Source: Octopus sinensis (lineage: Eukaryota). From it: a stretch of 64,000 nucleotides of DNA. Both the position numbers and the translations under genes were made by a program. Within the stretch, counting starts at the first letter, position 1. The number at the start of each line of letters is the position of its first letter. The notes under the pieces were generated by a model. That model was not told where the DNA came from, searched no databases, and was given only the letters and a program-made list of their open reading frames with translations. The stretch is taken from contig NC_043010.1 in assembly GCF_006345805.1 (NCBI RefSeq), positions 33,232,001 through 33,296,000 of the forward strand, given 5' to 3'. Positions 14,851 through 28,222 of this stretch are shown in pieces.

Positions 14851-16055
14851 TTTCACTAGAAACGTAGTGCTGAAGCAATTACTGAGATAAAGGTTGTAAT
14901 GTTTTTATTTTGATTTTATTATCTGTATCATTTTCATGCTGTCATTTTTGACGGTACGGGTACACAAGTTATCTAAGATTATTCTTAATACACACAAACA
15001 CAACTCACATAATACATATCCACAAGCAATACCACTTGATTCAATAAATGAATACCAGTTGCTTGACCTGCTAGAAATAACAACCGGATCTGTTCAGTTA
15101 AGTATGGCTGTGGAAGTTAAGAAGTTTGCTTTGTAACTAAGTGGTTTTGAGTTTGATCCTGCTGCGCAGCACCTTGGACAAGTGTCTTCTACCTTACCCT
15201 CAGGTCAATCAGAGCTTCTGGAATAAAAACTGGTATATGGAAGCTATATGGATCCCATTAAAGGGGCCATTCTTGGTGATAACGGTAGACTTAATCCTTA
15301 ACACAACTACCTAATCCTTGAGGAACCTTCAACAGAGTCTGCTCTTCTGCTCTGATTTCAGGATAACCTCTTCCCTTCAGTTACATGGGTTCCTGAAATT
15401 AATAATGGATACTGTCCTTCTTCTTAATCATTAAAAAGAAAAAAGCTTCTAATAGTCCCTGAGGAATCAAAGTGAGCCATAATGGCCAATTCTGTTTGCT
15501 TGTATTCACTGCAATCATCAGTACTGTACACCAACTAAAATGAAATACGTTCCGATAGTCATGATAAGCACTGCATATATACATGTGCAATGTGGGCCCA
15601 GACTAGAACTAAACCTTAACAACAGTCAAGTCAGTCACTTTATTGACTGATGGACAAAACTACAGGTTTAGTTTGACTGCTAGAAATAGGGAGAAATCTC
15701 CCTCAAATCACACCTTACAGTCTGCTTGGTCAAGGATAACATTGGACTAAACAACTACTGCTACTATTGTTGCAACAGATAAGATTGAAGATATATTTGC
15801 TATGTCACCTGGCACTCATGAATAATGATTTCTCTGAAACACAAAATCAGAAATGTGGAAGAGAAAATAAAAGTTTTAAGAACTGAAACTTTATCCTTAT
15901 GTTTCACTCTGTCTACTATTTCCCAGTTTCAGTGCATTTATCACTTCCAGTCACCTCATTACTTTTAAATCCTGCCCAATTCACTACCACTCCAATCTTT
16001 GTTTTAAACAATAATTGAAATTAAACATTTACAGAAGATATTTCTTCTTTTTCAG

Positions 16056-16156
16056 GACTGAATGTCAAGAACAGATAAATGGTTTCTATGGCGCCAAGTT
16101 TAAGAAGTTCAGTACAGAAGAGGAAGCTCTGGCTTTTGCAGAAATTCCGGCATCAG
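16056..16156 (+). CDS. RNASEH1: RNase H1 exon: second half of the hybrid-binding domain
   Basis: tttcag|...|gtgaat; translates (W)TECQEQINGFYGAKFKKFSTEEEALAFAEIPAS, matching the W.EC..Q..GF.GA.FKKF.T..EA motif. Confidence 0.92.
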
Positions 16157-17699
16157 GTGAATAGAATTTTAGTGCTGTTTGGTATAATCAGTAGAGTGTT
16201 GAATGAATATCTTGTGGTATTTAGCTCAGTTTTTTACGTTCTGAGTTCAAATCCTAGTTAGGTCAATTAACTTTCATCCTTCTGGGGCTCAATAATGGTC
16301 CAGTACTGAGATTGATATAGTCAGCTGTTCTCTCATTGTGACTTTGTGTCTGTATCAAAAAATAATTATTGTGCAGGTTTGGTTGTGTTGTGAAGAAGCT
16401 TGCTTTGCAATCATATGATTTCAGGTTCAGTCCTACTATGCTTGCATTTTGGGCAAGTGTCTTATACTATAGTCCAGGCTGACCAATACCTTGTGAGTGA
16501 ATTTGGTAAACAGAACGTGGCCGATGCCAGCGCCGCCTTGACTGGATTCCGTGCCGGTGGCATGTAAAAAGCACCAATCCAATTGTGGCTGTTGTCAGCC
16601 TCACCTGGCACCTGTGCTGGTGGCACGTAAAAAGCACCCACTACACTCACGGAGTGGTTAGCATTAGGAAGGACATCCAGCTGTAGAAACATTGCCAGAT
16701 CAGACTGGAGCCTGGTGCAGCCTTCTGGCTTCCTAGATCCCCGGTTGAACCATCAAACCCATGCTAGCATGGAGAACGGACGTTAAACGATGATGATGAT
16801 GAAACTGAAGCCCATCACACAAAGTGTGTCTGTCTTGTGTTTCTGCTTGACAACCAGAGTTAGTTTGTTTATGTGCCCATAACTTTGTAGTTTGACAAAA
16901 GAAACTGATGTAGTAAGTACCAGACTTTTAAAAAATTAGTACTGGCTCACTTTGTTCAACTAAATCGTTCAAGGCAGTGCATGGCTGCAATCCAAAAGCT
17001 GAAACAAATAAAGATGAAAGATTGCTGTTGTAGTAGGATTAGTAGTGTCAGACAAAATGCTGTGCAGGTTTTGTTCCATCTCTTTCTATTGTGAGTTTAA
17101 ATCCCACTATGATAAACTTTGTCTTTTATTTGTTGAGGGCCAATAAAAACAAAGTTCCAGTTAAGTACTATATTGGGCCACCATTAGTCAAGGTTAACCA
17201 CATATCTGCTCTCGTGTGTATGTTTGGACAAGATTTTTGAAGAAGACTAGCAGATACCTATTCCAGTCATCCCATCATCTTGATGCCCTTGTTATTGCCA
17301 ACCCTTAAGCAAGGTAATATTTTCCCTCATAGCCAGACATGTTTTTCACAGGAGATTAGAGATAAATAGCATTGTTTTAATGATGGAGATGTTCATTTAC
17401 AATCATCACATCACACACACAAGGAACTTCTTTTAGTTTCCATCTTACAAATTCACTCATAAAGATTTCATTGGCTCAGGACTATAACAGAAGATATTTG
17501 GTCTAGGTACCACCCAGTGTCACTGAACCTGAAACCATGTGGATGACTAACAAATTTCTTAAATACACACACACTCTCTCTGTCTCTCAGTGGATATATA
17601 TTTAATAGTCATTTTCCCATTTTTGCTCTCCCAAGTAATTAGTGTTTTTTTTTGTTAATATTATGTAACTAATTTGCTATTTTATTTATATATTAACAG

Positions 17700-17999
17700 A
17701 CAAAACTCTCTCCAGTGTAGCAAAATCTATTCAACCGATTGTGAAAAAACTCATGTCCGGAGTGAAAGAAGTCTCTCCTCTCTGTCAGACACTGGTGTCA
17801 ATGCTGGCTGATTTGGATGACTCAGAAGAAAGCAAAGAATTTTCAACATTAGCATGTAATGTTGAAAATGATTTGGCTAAGTTGACAATAAGTAATAAAC
17901 CGGCAATTGATTCTAAGCTTTTGACAGGAACTACTTCATCTGAAGACGCATCAGAATCTCCTGAAAAGAAAAAGAGTGTTGAAGAAGGAGGTTTTACTG
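17700..17999 (+). CDS. RNASEH1: RNase H1 exon: connection domain (300 bp)
   Basis: taacag|...|gtaatg; phase 1-1, open, and in frame with both flanking exons (DKTLSSVAKS...VEEGGFTG). Confidence 0.8.
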
Positions 18000-18159
18000 G
18001 TAATGTATCATGTTTTCATTCTCCTTTTAAGAGATTGTTAATATTTTATTATTATTTTTTTTAAATGAAAACTTGCAGCTTATTTTGCTTGGTATGATAA
18101 AAAGTGTCAGCTTCTCCTAGCCAGCAGGCTAAAGTGACACTTGTTTACTGATCATGGTT

Positions 18160-19140
18160 CAAGAACTCTGTGGAGAACTCTTGCAGTTCCAAGCAATGCT
18201 GATTTTTACAGGTGTTCTATTTTTACATTTGTACCAATCTTCTTGAGCTGTATTGGTATTTGATAACTGCTGATTCTTCCACCTGCACCAATCACTATTT
18301 GTATCATGTCCACTCTCTCCATTGCCCATAACCTGTGTATTTCCCACTTCAATTCATCATAGTTGTTCACTTTTTCTTTTTCTTTCTCTTCGATCCTGTT
18401 ATCACCAGACATGCTTGTCAATTATCAGGCATATTTTATTTTATTTTCTGTTCACCACAACAATGTTAGGTTTCCATTGTCTAATCTGATGATCACACTG
18501 AATCATTGTATTTCACAGGGTTTTGCAATCTTCATTCGCAGTAATTCCCTCTGAAATTTGGTCATACCATGTCTGATCTTTCTAGGCCATAATTTCCACA
18601 AATCTCCAACGGATCATTCTTGCCTCATTGTCTTGTCGTCTTTGTATTTACAGTGTGCTGATTTTGGTTATTCACTAACAATGCACACTGTTTCACATTT
18701 GGCATTTGTCACTCTTAGTTGTGTTATCAATTTTGCACTTTAAATAGTTTGTCCTCAATGCTTGTTCTTGTGCTGTGCATATAAGTGCTTCTGTGTCTGT
18801 CTTGGAGCTCATATCTCTTGCAAACTGACTGTACTTTTTTTTGTGTTCTTTTCTTCTTTAGATTTCTCTTTCTTAACACAATTATCAATTTTGATGATTT
18901 TGGACTTCTTCACATGTATCAGCAATGGTTCGGTGGCATTTTTTACATATCATCCTAAGCTGCTTTTCTCTGCTTCAACACAATCCCAGCAACTGATCAA
19001 ATCCTTCCCATCCTTTCTTCTGGACAAGTACAACCTATATGTATCACTCTTGGAATAAATTGTTCCATGATCTGTCAATAGTTTCCATGACTTCATAATC
19101 ATACTCATCAGTCAATAGTTTCTGTGTCTTTGAATCCATA
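18160..19140 (-). mobile_element. Degenerate R4/Dong-like (RLE-type) LINE 3' fragment in an RNase H1 intron
   Basis: Minus frame NRIEEKEKEKVNNYDELKWEIHRLWAMERVDMIQIVIGAGG matches the KE.EK..KY..L..E..RLW...V.GALG restriction-like endonuclease tail. Confidence 0.7.
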
Positions 19141-20022
19141 CTCATCATCATCATCATCATTATTATTATTGCAATCCCTACCAAGATCTACTTTGCCATT
19201 CACCTCTCCATGGTTAATAAAATAATGTACTTGTCAGTTACAAGGCAGGTTTTGTGCCTATACTAGAAACAATTATTATTATTAGGGATTGGTAGAATCA
19301 GTAGAGCATCAAGAAAATTTCTCACATGTGTTTGCTCTGGCTCTTTATGTCCTGAGTTCAAATTCTGCCAATGCCAACTTTGTCTTTCATCCTTTCAGAG
19401 TTGACCTTGAACTCACCAATCAAGTAAGTTTAAGGTCAATGGTTTTGACTAACCTGCTCCCCTCAAAAATGTTGGCCTTGTGCCAAAATTAAAATCATTG
19501 GTATAGTCTCTCACCAACGCTTCTCAGCCTCTGGGTCACAAACATGCTATTCCTTCACTCTGCCTTTTCTACCACTGATGCTGTGGTTTCTGCTCTTTGG
19601 AGCTGGCTGGTCTCAAGCCAATTTCTCTCATCTCTATCTTTCTTTCCTCTACCATATTGTGTCTAACTACTATGCCCAAGCCTACTTCCCCAGGGCATCA
19701 GTCCTTTGAAATTTACTTGCTATTCTTATTTTCCTGAAATTGTATAGAAACATTGATCTCACTGGATTTGGAAGATTTGTCAGATATTCGTAGAGCCCTT
19801 CCTCACAGTAAAATTGATAAAAAAGAAACAGCTTAACAATTACATTCACTCATTTGTCTCACCCTAAATATTCTCCCTAGAGATTACACTCTCCATAATT
19901 TCTAGCCAGTTCATAGATGATTTATATAAAGAGCCAGGCAACAATATATTTTTTATAATTTCTATAAAGAGCCAAGCTGCAATATATTTTTATATATAAT
20001 TTATGCAAATTTTTCTTTATAG

Positions 20023-20137
20023 GAAAAAAATTTGCTGATGATGATGGAGTTGTTGTTTTCACTGATGGCTGCTGTTTCCACAATGGTAAACATGGTGCCT
20101 CAGCTGGACTTGGTGTCTACTGGGGAGACGGAGAAAA
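20023..20137 (+). CDS. RNASEH1: RNase H1 exon: first catalytic Asp
   Basis: ttatag|...|gtaagt; [37 protein letters not shown]. Confidence 0.96.
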
Positions 20138-20231
20138 GTAAGTTTTTTGTTTTGTTTTGTTTCTTGTTAGCGCCATGATAGATCGTTAGCTCCTACACGC
20201 ATTTTTTTCTCTCCTTGTTTTTTTCTGCGTA

Positions 20232-20269
20232 TCTTTCTGTTGAAGAGCGTAGGCTCGAAATGTAAAAGA
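20232..20269 (+). ncRNA. Degenerate minimal hammerhead-like motif in a short Penelope-type repeat (about 20170-20370)
   Basis: TCTTT-CTGTTGAA-GAGC GTAG GCTC-GAAA-TG-TA-AAAGA: stems I and II intact, catalytic core altered. Confidence 0.5.
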
Positions 20270-21022
20270 CTTTTTCTATTTCTATTCCTGAGCACTATAC
20301 TAATACATTTGTTTGTTTGTACTCACCTGCCTTCGTCTTTTGTTTATTTTTGTAAACTTTCCCGTTATATATATGAATATGACACAATATTATCTGTCTG
20401 TCTGTATGCATATGTATGTTTGTACAGAAACTCATTTATCAACAAAATCATTAAAGATATTTAGTCAATTGGAGATATGACTATTGAAAGCACGAAATGT
20501 TTTATTTTCAAAAGCATTAGCTTTATTTAACTAAATGTTTCTAACAATCACATTGAGAAATTTGTGTTTATCTGTGTACATACATTCACACATACTGAGA
20601 GACAGCTAGACAATGAATACAGTTATATTCATAAGAATGTGTATGTGTGTAGTGTATCATTGTATAAGGAATGAAAGACTTGACAGACTGAAAGAATGGA
20701 GATTCTTTTTTTTTTCCTTCCAATATTGCAATAAGCTACTTCTTCTAAAAGATCAGTCTGTCTGTCTATCTACTTACCAGCTATCTATTTAGCACTATTT
20801 TTTACCTTGAATGTGCACGATGGTGTATAGTGTGTGTATGATGATATATGTCGGTTTGTGTGTATGTCTGTAGGTGAGTATATATGATGGTGTATATTGC
20901 TTTGTGTATGTATATGATTGTATTTGAAAATGTATATTGGTTCATTGCTTCATATGATGAAAAGCAGTGTAATTTTTATTAGTCAGCAGAATTACTAAGT
21001 CTAGCATGCTCTGTTTTTACAG

Positions 21023-21077
21023 GAACACAAGTGAAAGACTTGGTGGCCGACAAACAAACAATCGCGCTGAAATATAT
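21023..21077 (+). CDS. RNASEH1: RNase H1 exon: catalytic Glu
   Basis: ttacag|...|gtaagc; NTSERLGGRQTNNRAEIY. Confidence 0.96.
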
Positions 21078-21305
21078 GTAAGCCATTCTATTTAAGTTTT
21101 CAAGTGAAAATACTGAGAGAATTATTTGTTGGGAAGCTCCTCATTAATTGACACCTTGTGTGTGGAGTGGGGTGACTTCATCTGAAGGCACAAAAAACTC
21201 TTCCCTTTCTTGCTATTGTAACTTCAACCTTTATATTTAAGCATCTAGAGATGTTTTTTTGTTTTTGTTTAGTCTTTATCTAAAATGAAATTATTTTGTT
21301 TGCAG

Positions 21306-21390
21306 GCTGCCATTAGAGCTGTTGAACAAGCAAAGGCCAAAAAGATTTCAAACCTTATTATCAAAACTGATAGTCAGTTCCTAATAAACT
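21306..21390 (+). CDS. RNASEH1: RNase H1 exon: second catalytic Asp (TDS)
   Basis: ttgcag|...|gtaagt; AAIRAVEQAKAKKISNLIIKTDSQFLIN. Confidence 0.96.
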
Positions 21391-21583
21391 GTAAGTTATG
21401 TTTGTTTTTCCTATGAATCAACTAATCCTTAACCTATTTAGTGTTGGTGGATGTTATTCCCTAACTTCTTTCATTTGGAACCCAAGTATTTTACTTCTAT
21501 CAGTGAATGTCCAGAGAATCTCTTAGTGTTGTGTGTGACTACATCCTATTGCAAAATAATTATATGTTAAGGTTGAAGCAGAA

Positions 21584-21683
21584 NNNNNNNNNNNNNNNNN
21601 NNNNNNNNNNNNNNNNNNNNNNNNNNNNNNNNNNNNNNNNNNNNNNNNNNNNNNNNNNNNNNNNNNNNNNNNNNNNNNNNNNN
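21584..21683. other. Assembly gap (100 N)
   Basis: Run of exactly 100 N, a typical unknown-size placeholder. Confidence 0.99.
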
Positions 21684-22114
21684 TTATGAAATATTTTGCC
21701 TGGATTGATAATCCCTCACTATTAGCTATATATGTATGTATATCAATATCACACCAACACAAATATATACATATACACAAACATATATATAAACACATAT
21801 GCATACATACATAGCTTGCCAGCTGCGATGTAAACAACATTGATGATGTCAAAACTAAATTGGTAACTCTCTCTCTCTCTCCCCTAAACAGGAAATTTTA
21901 AAATTTGTGTGTGTGTCTGTGTGTGTTCCAGTGTGTGTGCATGGTTAGTTGAATCATAATGTATACCTGTTTGATAATGCACATTATTACATCAACCAAT
22001 CACTGAGTTTTTAAAGCAACTGTAAGGATTTATCAAAGACTGTCATTATTTTTTCTTAATTATAATTCTGCTGATTTAATACCTTTATAAATGACCTGAT
22101 GTCATATATAACTG

Positions 22115-22510
22115 CTTGGCTATGTGGTAAGAAGCGTGTTTCCCAACCACATGGTTCAGGACTCAGTCTCAGTGCAAGCACCTTGAGCAAGTGTTTCATA
22201 TTATAGCCTTGGGCTGACCAAAACCTTGCGAGTGGATTTGGTAGATGGAAACTGAAAGAAGCCTGTTGTATATATGTACATATATGTGTGTGTGTCTCTG
22301 TGTCTGTCCTCACTACCACCACCACCACCACTTGACAATCAGTGCTGGTGTGTTTATGACCCCATAACTTAGTGGTTTGGCAAGAGATCGACAGAATAAG
22401 TACCAGTCTTTAAAAAAATAAGTACTGGGGTCAATACATTTGACTAAAAATTCTTTGAGATGGTGTCCCAGTATGACCACAATCTAGTGACTGAAACCAG
22501 TGAAAGATAT
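22115..22510 (+). mobile_element. Second tRNA-derived SINE family (representative copy)
   Basis: Head TGGCTATGTGGTAAGAAG...GGTTCAG...CACCTTGAGCAAGTG, internal (TG)n, tail ending GACTGAAAC; similar copies near 2700-3005, 15100-15250 and 16380-17020. Confidence 0.7.
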
Positions 22511-23554
22511 ATAGTTGATATTATAAGAATTTAGAAACTTTGAGAGAATGTAAAATAATTCTTTTTCAGAATGTTTTTGAACAAATAGGGTGTGTATACA
22601 CATAATAACACTTGGTAACAAATAGAGTGTCTCTATATACACTGAGTATTATCAACATAACAAGTGAGCAAAATAAGGTTCACCTCAATTGTTCTGTATA
22701 GACTGTGTTGAGTCAGTCAGCCTAAAATTTAAAGTTTGTAAGTTAGTGGATATTAGTTGATACTTTTTCAACTATTGTACTTAAAATGTACTTAGCAGAC
22801 CCAAGTCCTTATTTTTATCTCAGCATTTTACCCTGACAATATAATAAGTAGCACACAATTTCTATTGATTTAATGTGCTTTAGCTAGCATACTAACTAGA
22901 ATATGTGAGAACTACTAAATATTTTATACTTACTTCGTAAACTTTGTTTGCGTAACTGTTCCTGAAACTTGGTTACATTATCACCATAGAGTTTACAAAG
23001 TGGTATAGAATGTTATGGAATGATATATAAGATAGGTATTCAAAAATGCATTAAATAGTATCTAAAACACAATCATCACCATCATTACATATAGGCTAGA
23101 TGGTTTTACAGGATCCAATGTGTACAAGGACCATGCTGTCTTCTAGTGTCTGCAACGGCCTAGTTTCTATGGCTGGATAACCTTCCTAACACCAATCACT
23201 TTAAAATGTGTACTGAGTGCATGGTGAGGTCACAAAACTACAAGACCTGTGGTGGTGGTGATGGTGGGTGTCGTGTATGGAAGAAAATGAGGGGTTAAAG
23301 TATGAAGGAAAGGGAGAAGGGAGAGGCAAATATGTTCTTGTAGAGGAGCAACATGGTTACTCAACTTTAAGAACGAGAATGAGAATGATTAGAAGGAGCA
23401 GCAAGTCTGGGTGTTTCCTTAATGTACAAGGTGAGTATAAGTGTGTTGAGACAGAGTGTGAGCAGGTTGGGATTTGCAAGAGTGTACGGTGAAACCAGAA
23501 GTCCTTATCTCATCTTGTCTTCCTTTGCTTTTCTTCCATGAACACCTAAAGGCC

Positions 23555-26500
23555 TTAAGCCAATACCACCCCTACTATATAAGGTAGTGACCATACGGCG
23601 CAAAACATGATAGTGTTGTGAAGCAGGTTGAACTTAAGATCATTGCTTTGCTTATGAATTCTGCCAAATGCGAGCTTTCTTTTCAGGTACATGACACCAC
23701 TGCTCCCCGTCCCTGGGCCTCTAGGGCCCATACCTTCCACACCCTCAGGGTTGGCACTCTCAACGTAGGCACACTGAAAGGTAGGTCTGGTGAGATTGTT
23801 GAGATGCTTGAACGGAGACGAGTTGATATCTGTTGCATCCAAGAAGTAAGGTGGAGAGGTGGTTCTGCTAGGTTCCTCACAGGCAAAGGAAACAGGTACA
23901 AGATTTTCTGGGCAGGAAACACTGATGGGGTTGGAGGCGTGGGTATACCTCTCGTTGAAAAATTGGTAGATAAGGTACTTGAGGTAATCAGAGTAAGTGA
24001 CAGAATACTTAAGATTAGAATAGTGCTTCATCATAGATTAGCAACCATTATATTGGCCTATGCCCCTCAGCCAGAACTACCCGATGGACAGAAAGACAGT
24101 TTCTATGACACCCTACTGCAGACCACCTCATTGACGAACGACAGGGACCTTCTCTTTGTGGCTGGTGACTTCAATGGGCATGTTGGACGATATGCAGGGG
24201 CCTTCCATGGCGTACATGGAAGCTATGGTTATGGTTCCCGCAATGAGGAGGGAACCAGGCTGCTGGAGTTCTGCGATGCGAATAGTCTTATGGTTTGCAA
24301 CACTAACTTCAGGAAACCGACAAGCCACCTGGTCACCTACCGATCGGGCCGGCATACTAGCCAAATCGACTACATCCTTGCCAGAAAAAGGGAAAGAAGG
24401 CTGCTTATAAATGCCAAAACCTTCCCAGGCGAAGAATGCACCCCACAACATAGACTGGTAGTTAGTGACTTTAGGATCAGGACTAAGAGGATGACTAGAA
24501 GATGACCAACATGGAGAAGAAGGGTCTGGAAGCTTAAAGACCCTGCGAATGGACAGAGATTTAGAGATATGTTACTTGAAGCCTTTGACGAAATAGAAGT
24601 GGGTATAGCTACACATGGGGTAGAAGACAACTGGACGCTTCTGAGGGACAACCTGCTGAAAGCCACTGACCAGATCTGTGACTGGTGCAAAGTCCCCTCA
24701 AGACCCAAAATAACGTGGTGGTGGAACAATATTGTTGACAGGGCTATTAGACAAAAGAAACAGACTTGGAAGGACTGGAAGAACGGTGGTAGCAGGGAAG
24801 TGTATCAGACTGCCAGAAGGGAAGCTAGGAGGCAGGTGTATTTAGCCAGAGGGAAAGCAGATAAGAAAAAATTTGCCAATGTTCTGCGCCGTGAGGATGA
24901 AAGACTTGAGGTATTTCGTGTTGCAAGACAGTGTGTGAGAGAGAATCGTGACGTGGTAGGAGAGAAATGTGTTCGCAAGGATGACGGTTCACTTGTGCTA
25001 AATGAGGATGCAAAGAGAGAGGTTTGGAGACGCCAATATGAAAGGTCGCTGAATGAGGAAAATGAATGGGATAAAGAGAGTCTGCCGAATGTCGACCCAA
25101 CAGAGGGACCAGCAATCCGAGTTGACAGTTCCTTAGTAGTTAAGGCAATTACAAGCATGAAAACAGGGAAAGCCCCAGGCCCATCAGGAATTACTGCAGA
25201 GATGCTCAAAATATCTGGTAGTGTCGGCTTTAGCCTAGTCACCCATATAGTTAACCAGGTGATACACGAAGGAGTCATACCCAATGACTGGTGTAGCAGC
25301 ATACTAGTCAACTGCTACAAAGGTAAAGGTGACGCCCTAGATACAAATAACTACAGGGGTATTAAGCTGGTGGATCAGGTAATGAAGGTTACGGAGAGGG
25401 TTATAGCCCAACTTATTAGAGAGAGAGTTAGCTTAGATGAGATGCAGTTTGGGTTCGTGCCAGGGAAAAGTACTACTGATGCTATATTCCTGGTAAGACA
25501 GCTGCCGGAGAAATACCTAGCCAAAGATAAGCCCTGTACCTGGCTTTTGTTGACATGGAGAAAGCCTTCGACAGGGTCCCCCGATCTCTTATCTGGTGGT
25601 CAATGAGGAAACTAGGGATAGATGAATGGTTAGTGAGAGCTGTGCGAGCCATGTACAGAGATGCTGCTAGTAAGGTGAGGGTTGGCAATGAGTACAGTGA
25701 AGAATTCCGGGTAGAGGTTGGGGTCCACCAAGGTTCAGTCCTCAGTCCCCTCCTATTTATCATAGTCCTCCAGGCAATAACGGAGGAATTCAAGACAGGA
25801 TGCCCCTGGGAGCTCCTCTATGCTGATGACTTTGCTCTAATTGCTGAGTCACTATCAGAACTGGAGGAGAAGTTTCAGGTGTGGAAGCAAGGATTAGAAT
25901 CGAAGGGCCTTAGAATCAACCTAGCCAAAACCAAAGTCCTAATAAGTAGGAAGGTAGACCAATCACAAACGACTTCAGGTAGATGGCCCTGCTCGATCTG
26001 TAGAAAAGGTGCACCAAGTGTAAGCTATGGACACATAAGAGGTGCAGCAATGTCAAAGGAAGGCTAACTAGGAAAATAGTTTTTGAATGTGGCTGATGCT
26101 CAGGAGCAATAAACACTGGAAATGTGCAGAGACCAACTTCTACCACGTTCCAGGGAGTCAAACTAGAAGTAGTTGATAGCTTCCGATACCTAGGTGACCA
26201 AGTCAGTAGCGGGGGTGGGTGTGCTGAAAGTGTAACTGCTAGAGTAAGAATAGCCTGGGCAAAGTTTAGAGAGCTCTTACCCCTGCTGGTGACAAAAGGC
26301 CTCTCGCTCAGAGTAAAAGGCAGACTGTATGATGCATGTGAATGTACAGCCATGCTATATGGTAGGGAAACATGGGCCGTGACTGCTGAGGATATGCGTA
26401 AGCTCGCAAGAAATGAAGACAGTATGCTCTGATGGATGTGTAATGTCAGTGTTCATAATCGACAGAGTGTAAGTACCTTGAGAGAAAAGTTGGACCTAAG

Positions 26501-27414
26501 AAGCATCAGTTGTGGTGTGCAAGAGAGACGTTTGCACTGGTACGGTCATGTGACGAGAATGGCTGAAGATAGTTGTGTGCAAAAGTGCCACACCCTAGTA
26601 GTTGAGGGAACCTGTGGAAGCGGTCGACCCAGGAAAACCTGGGACGAGGTGGTGAAGCACAACCTTCTCACTTTAGGTATCACCAAGGAAATGACTAGAG
26701 ACCGAGACCTATGGAAGTATGCTGTGCGTGAGAAGACCGGCAAGACTAGTGAGACCATAACCCGTGGCCTCTACCTGGTATGTAGCCAGTCGACTTATAC
26801 ATACCTTTCCTTCTTGGGACACAAAACTCCACTTGTGAAGACCCGTTGAGGTAAGTGAAAATCAAAATCAAAATCAAATCAAACCAAATCAAATCAGATA
26901 TCAGAAGCAGAACTAAAATCGAAGTCGATCAACATCAATGGAAATTGCAGCTGTGATACCAGTGCCGGTAACAAGTAAGCGAACCATCCGATTGTGGCCA
27001 TTGCCAGTGCCGCCCCGACTGGCCTCCGTGCCAGTGACACGTAAAAAGCACCATCCGTTCGTGGCCGTTGCCAGCACCGCCCCGACTGGCCTCCGTGCTG
27101 GTGGCATGTAAAAGCACCATCCGTTTGTGTCCGTTGCCAGCCTCACCTGGCCCCCGTGCCGGTGGCACGTAAAAGCACCATCTGTTCGTGGCCGTTTGCC
27201 AGCTCCGTCTGGCTCCTGTGCAGGTGGCACGTAAAAGCACCCACTACACTCGCGGAGTGGTTGGTGTTAGGAAGGGCATCCAGCTGTAGAAACACTGCCA
27301 GATCAGACTGGGCCTGATGCAGCCTTCTGGCTTCACAGACCCCAGTTGAACCGTCCAACCCATGCTAGCATGGAAAACGGATGCTAAATGATGATGATGA
27401 TGATGATGATGATG
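23555..27414 (+). mobile_element. Near full-length RTE-clade LINE (APE + RT), inactivated
   Basis: APE motifs (GTLNVGT, QEVRW, AGDFNGH, SQIDY), RT motifs (NYRGIKL, QFGF, GVHQGSVLSP, YADD), C-terminal GRPRKTW; stop near 24503, frameshifts near 25540 and 26010, further stops; 3' UTR with ~60-bp repeats and (GAT)n tail. 5' boundary approximate. Confidence 0.95.
26955..27245 (+). repeat. About five ~60-bp tandem repeats in the RTE 3' UTR
   Basis: Recurring GCCAG...CTGGC(C/T)...GTGCCGGTGGCACGTAAAAGCACC; same array at 16520-16640 and 62415-62680 (-). Confidence 0.85.
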
Positions 27415-28120
27415 CCAAAATTTGAAACCAATATTTAGTCACATCAATGTGGTAAGCTGGCAAAATCATTAGCACACTGAGCAAAATACTTGGTGGCATC
27501 TCACCTATCTTATGTTCTGAGTTCAAATTCTGCCAAATACCAGTTGAACTATGGAGCTGATGTAATCAACTTACCCACTTCCCGAAATTGCTGGTCTTGT
27601 TCCAAAATTTAAAATCAATATTTAGTTACATATGCATTCAAACCCCATCAAAGTCAACACAGCCTTTTATCTTTCCAGGTTGATAAAATAAAACCAGTCA
27701 AATAATGGATTTGATTTAATCAACTGTTCTCTGCTAGCAAAATATGTAGCTTTATGCCGCCTGTTAGGAAACATTATTATTAGGATGATGGCATGTCACA
27801 TTACTTCATTTATGTCCCCAATTTTGTAAGTTCATGAGCCTTTTCAAGGAATATAAATCTACAGGCTTCAGTCTACTTGGTTGATAAAAATGCATTTTAT
27901 TCTCTGTTCCCTGGGTTAAGTGGTAACAGGTAGCTGTAACTGTAAATTTGCTCCAACACAAAACAAAAATTTAACATCTTGGCTATATGTTAACACAGAA
28001 CAATGGAAATAAAACTGTCATAAAAATAGAATTCTGAGAGGATAGCTGCTTTATTTGTGTGAAAGATATAATCATTAAACCAATGATGACGGTAATAATT
28101 TCTTGATATTTTATTTGTAG

Positions 28121-28222
28121 ACTCTGAAAACATTATCTAACATGTACCTTGCTATTCCAATGAGTGGTGATAATCCATGGGTGTTGAGCAAGGAGCATGT
28201 TGTTGTGGCTTTTAGACTGAGG
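28121..28222 (+). CDS. MRPL9: Mitochondrial ribosomal protein L9 (bL9m), internal exon
   Basis: ttgtag|...|gtaaag; TLKTLSNMYLAIPMSGDNPWVLSKEHVVVAFRLR fits the metazoan mRpL9 L.I.M....PW.L...H....F pattern. Confidence 0.85.

Noticed and set aside
16056-21390. Retroelement-derived RNase H
   Set aside because: Canonical introns, a hybrid-binding domain and cellular-type motifs indicate the host gene.
26955-27245. CRISPR-like array
   Set aside because: Eukaryotic context, no unique spacers, no cas genes; these are RTE 3' UTR repeats.
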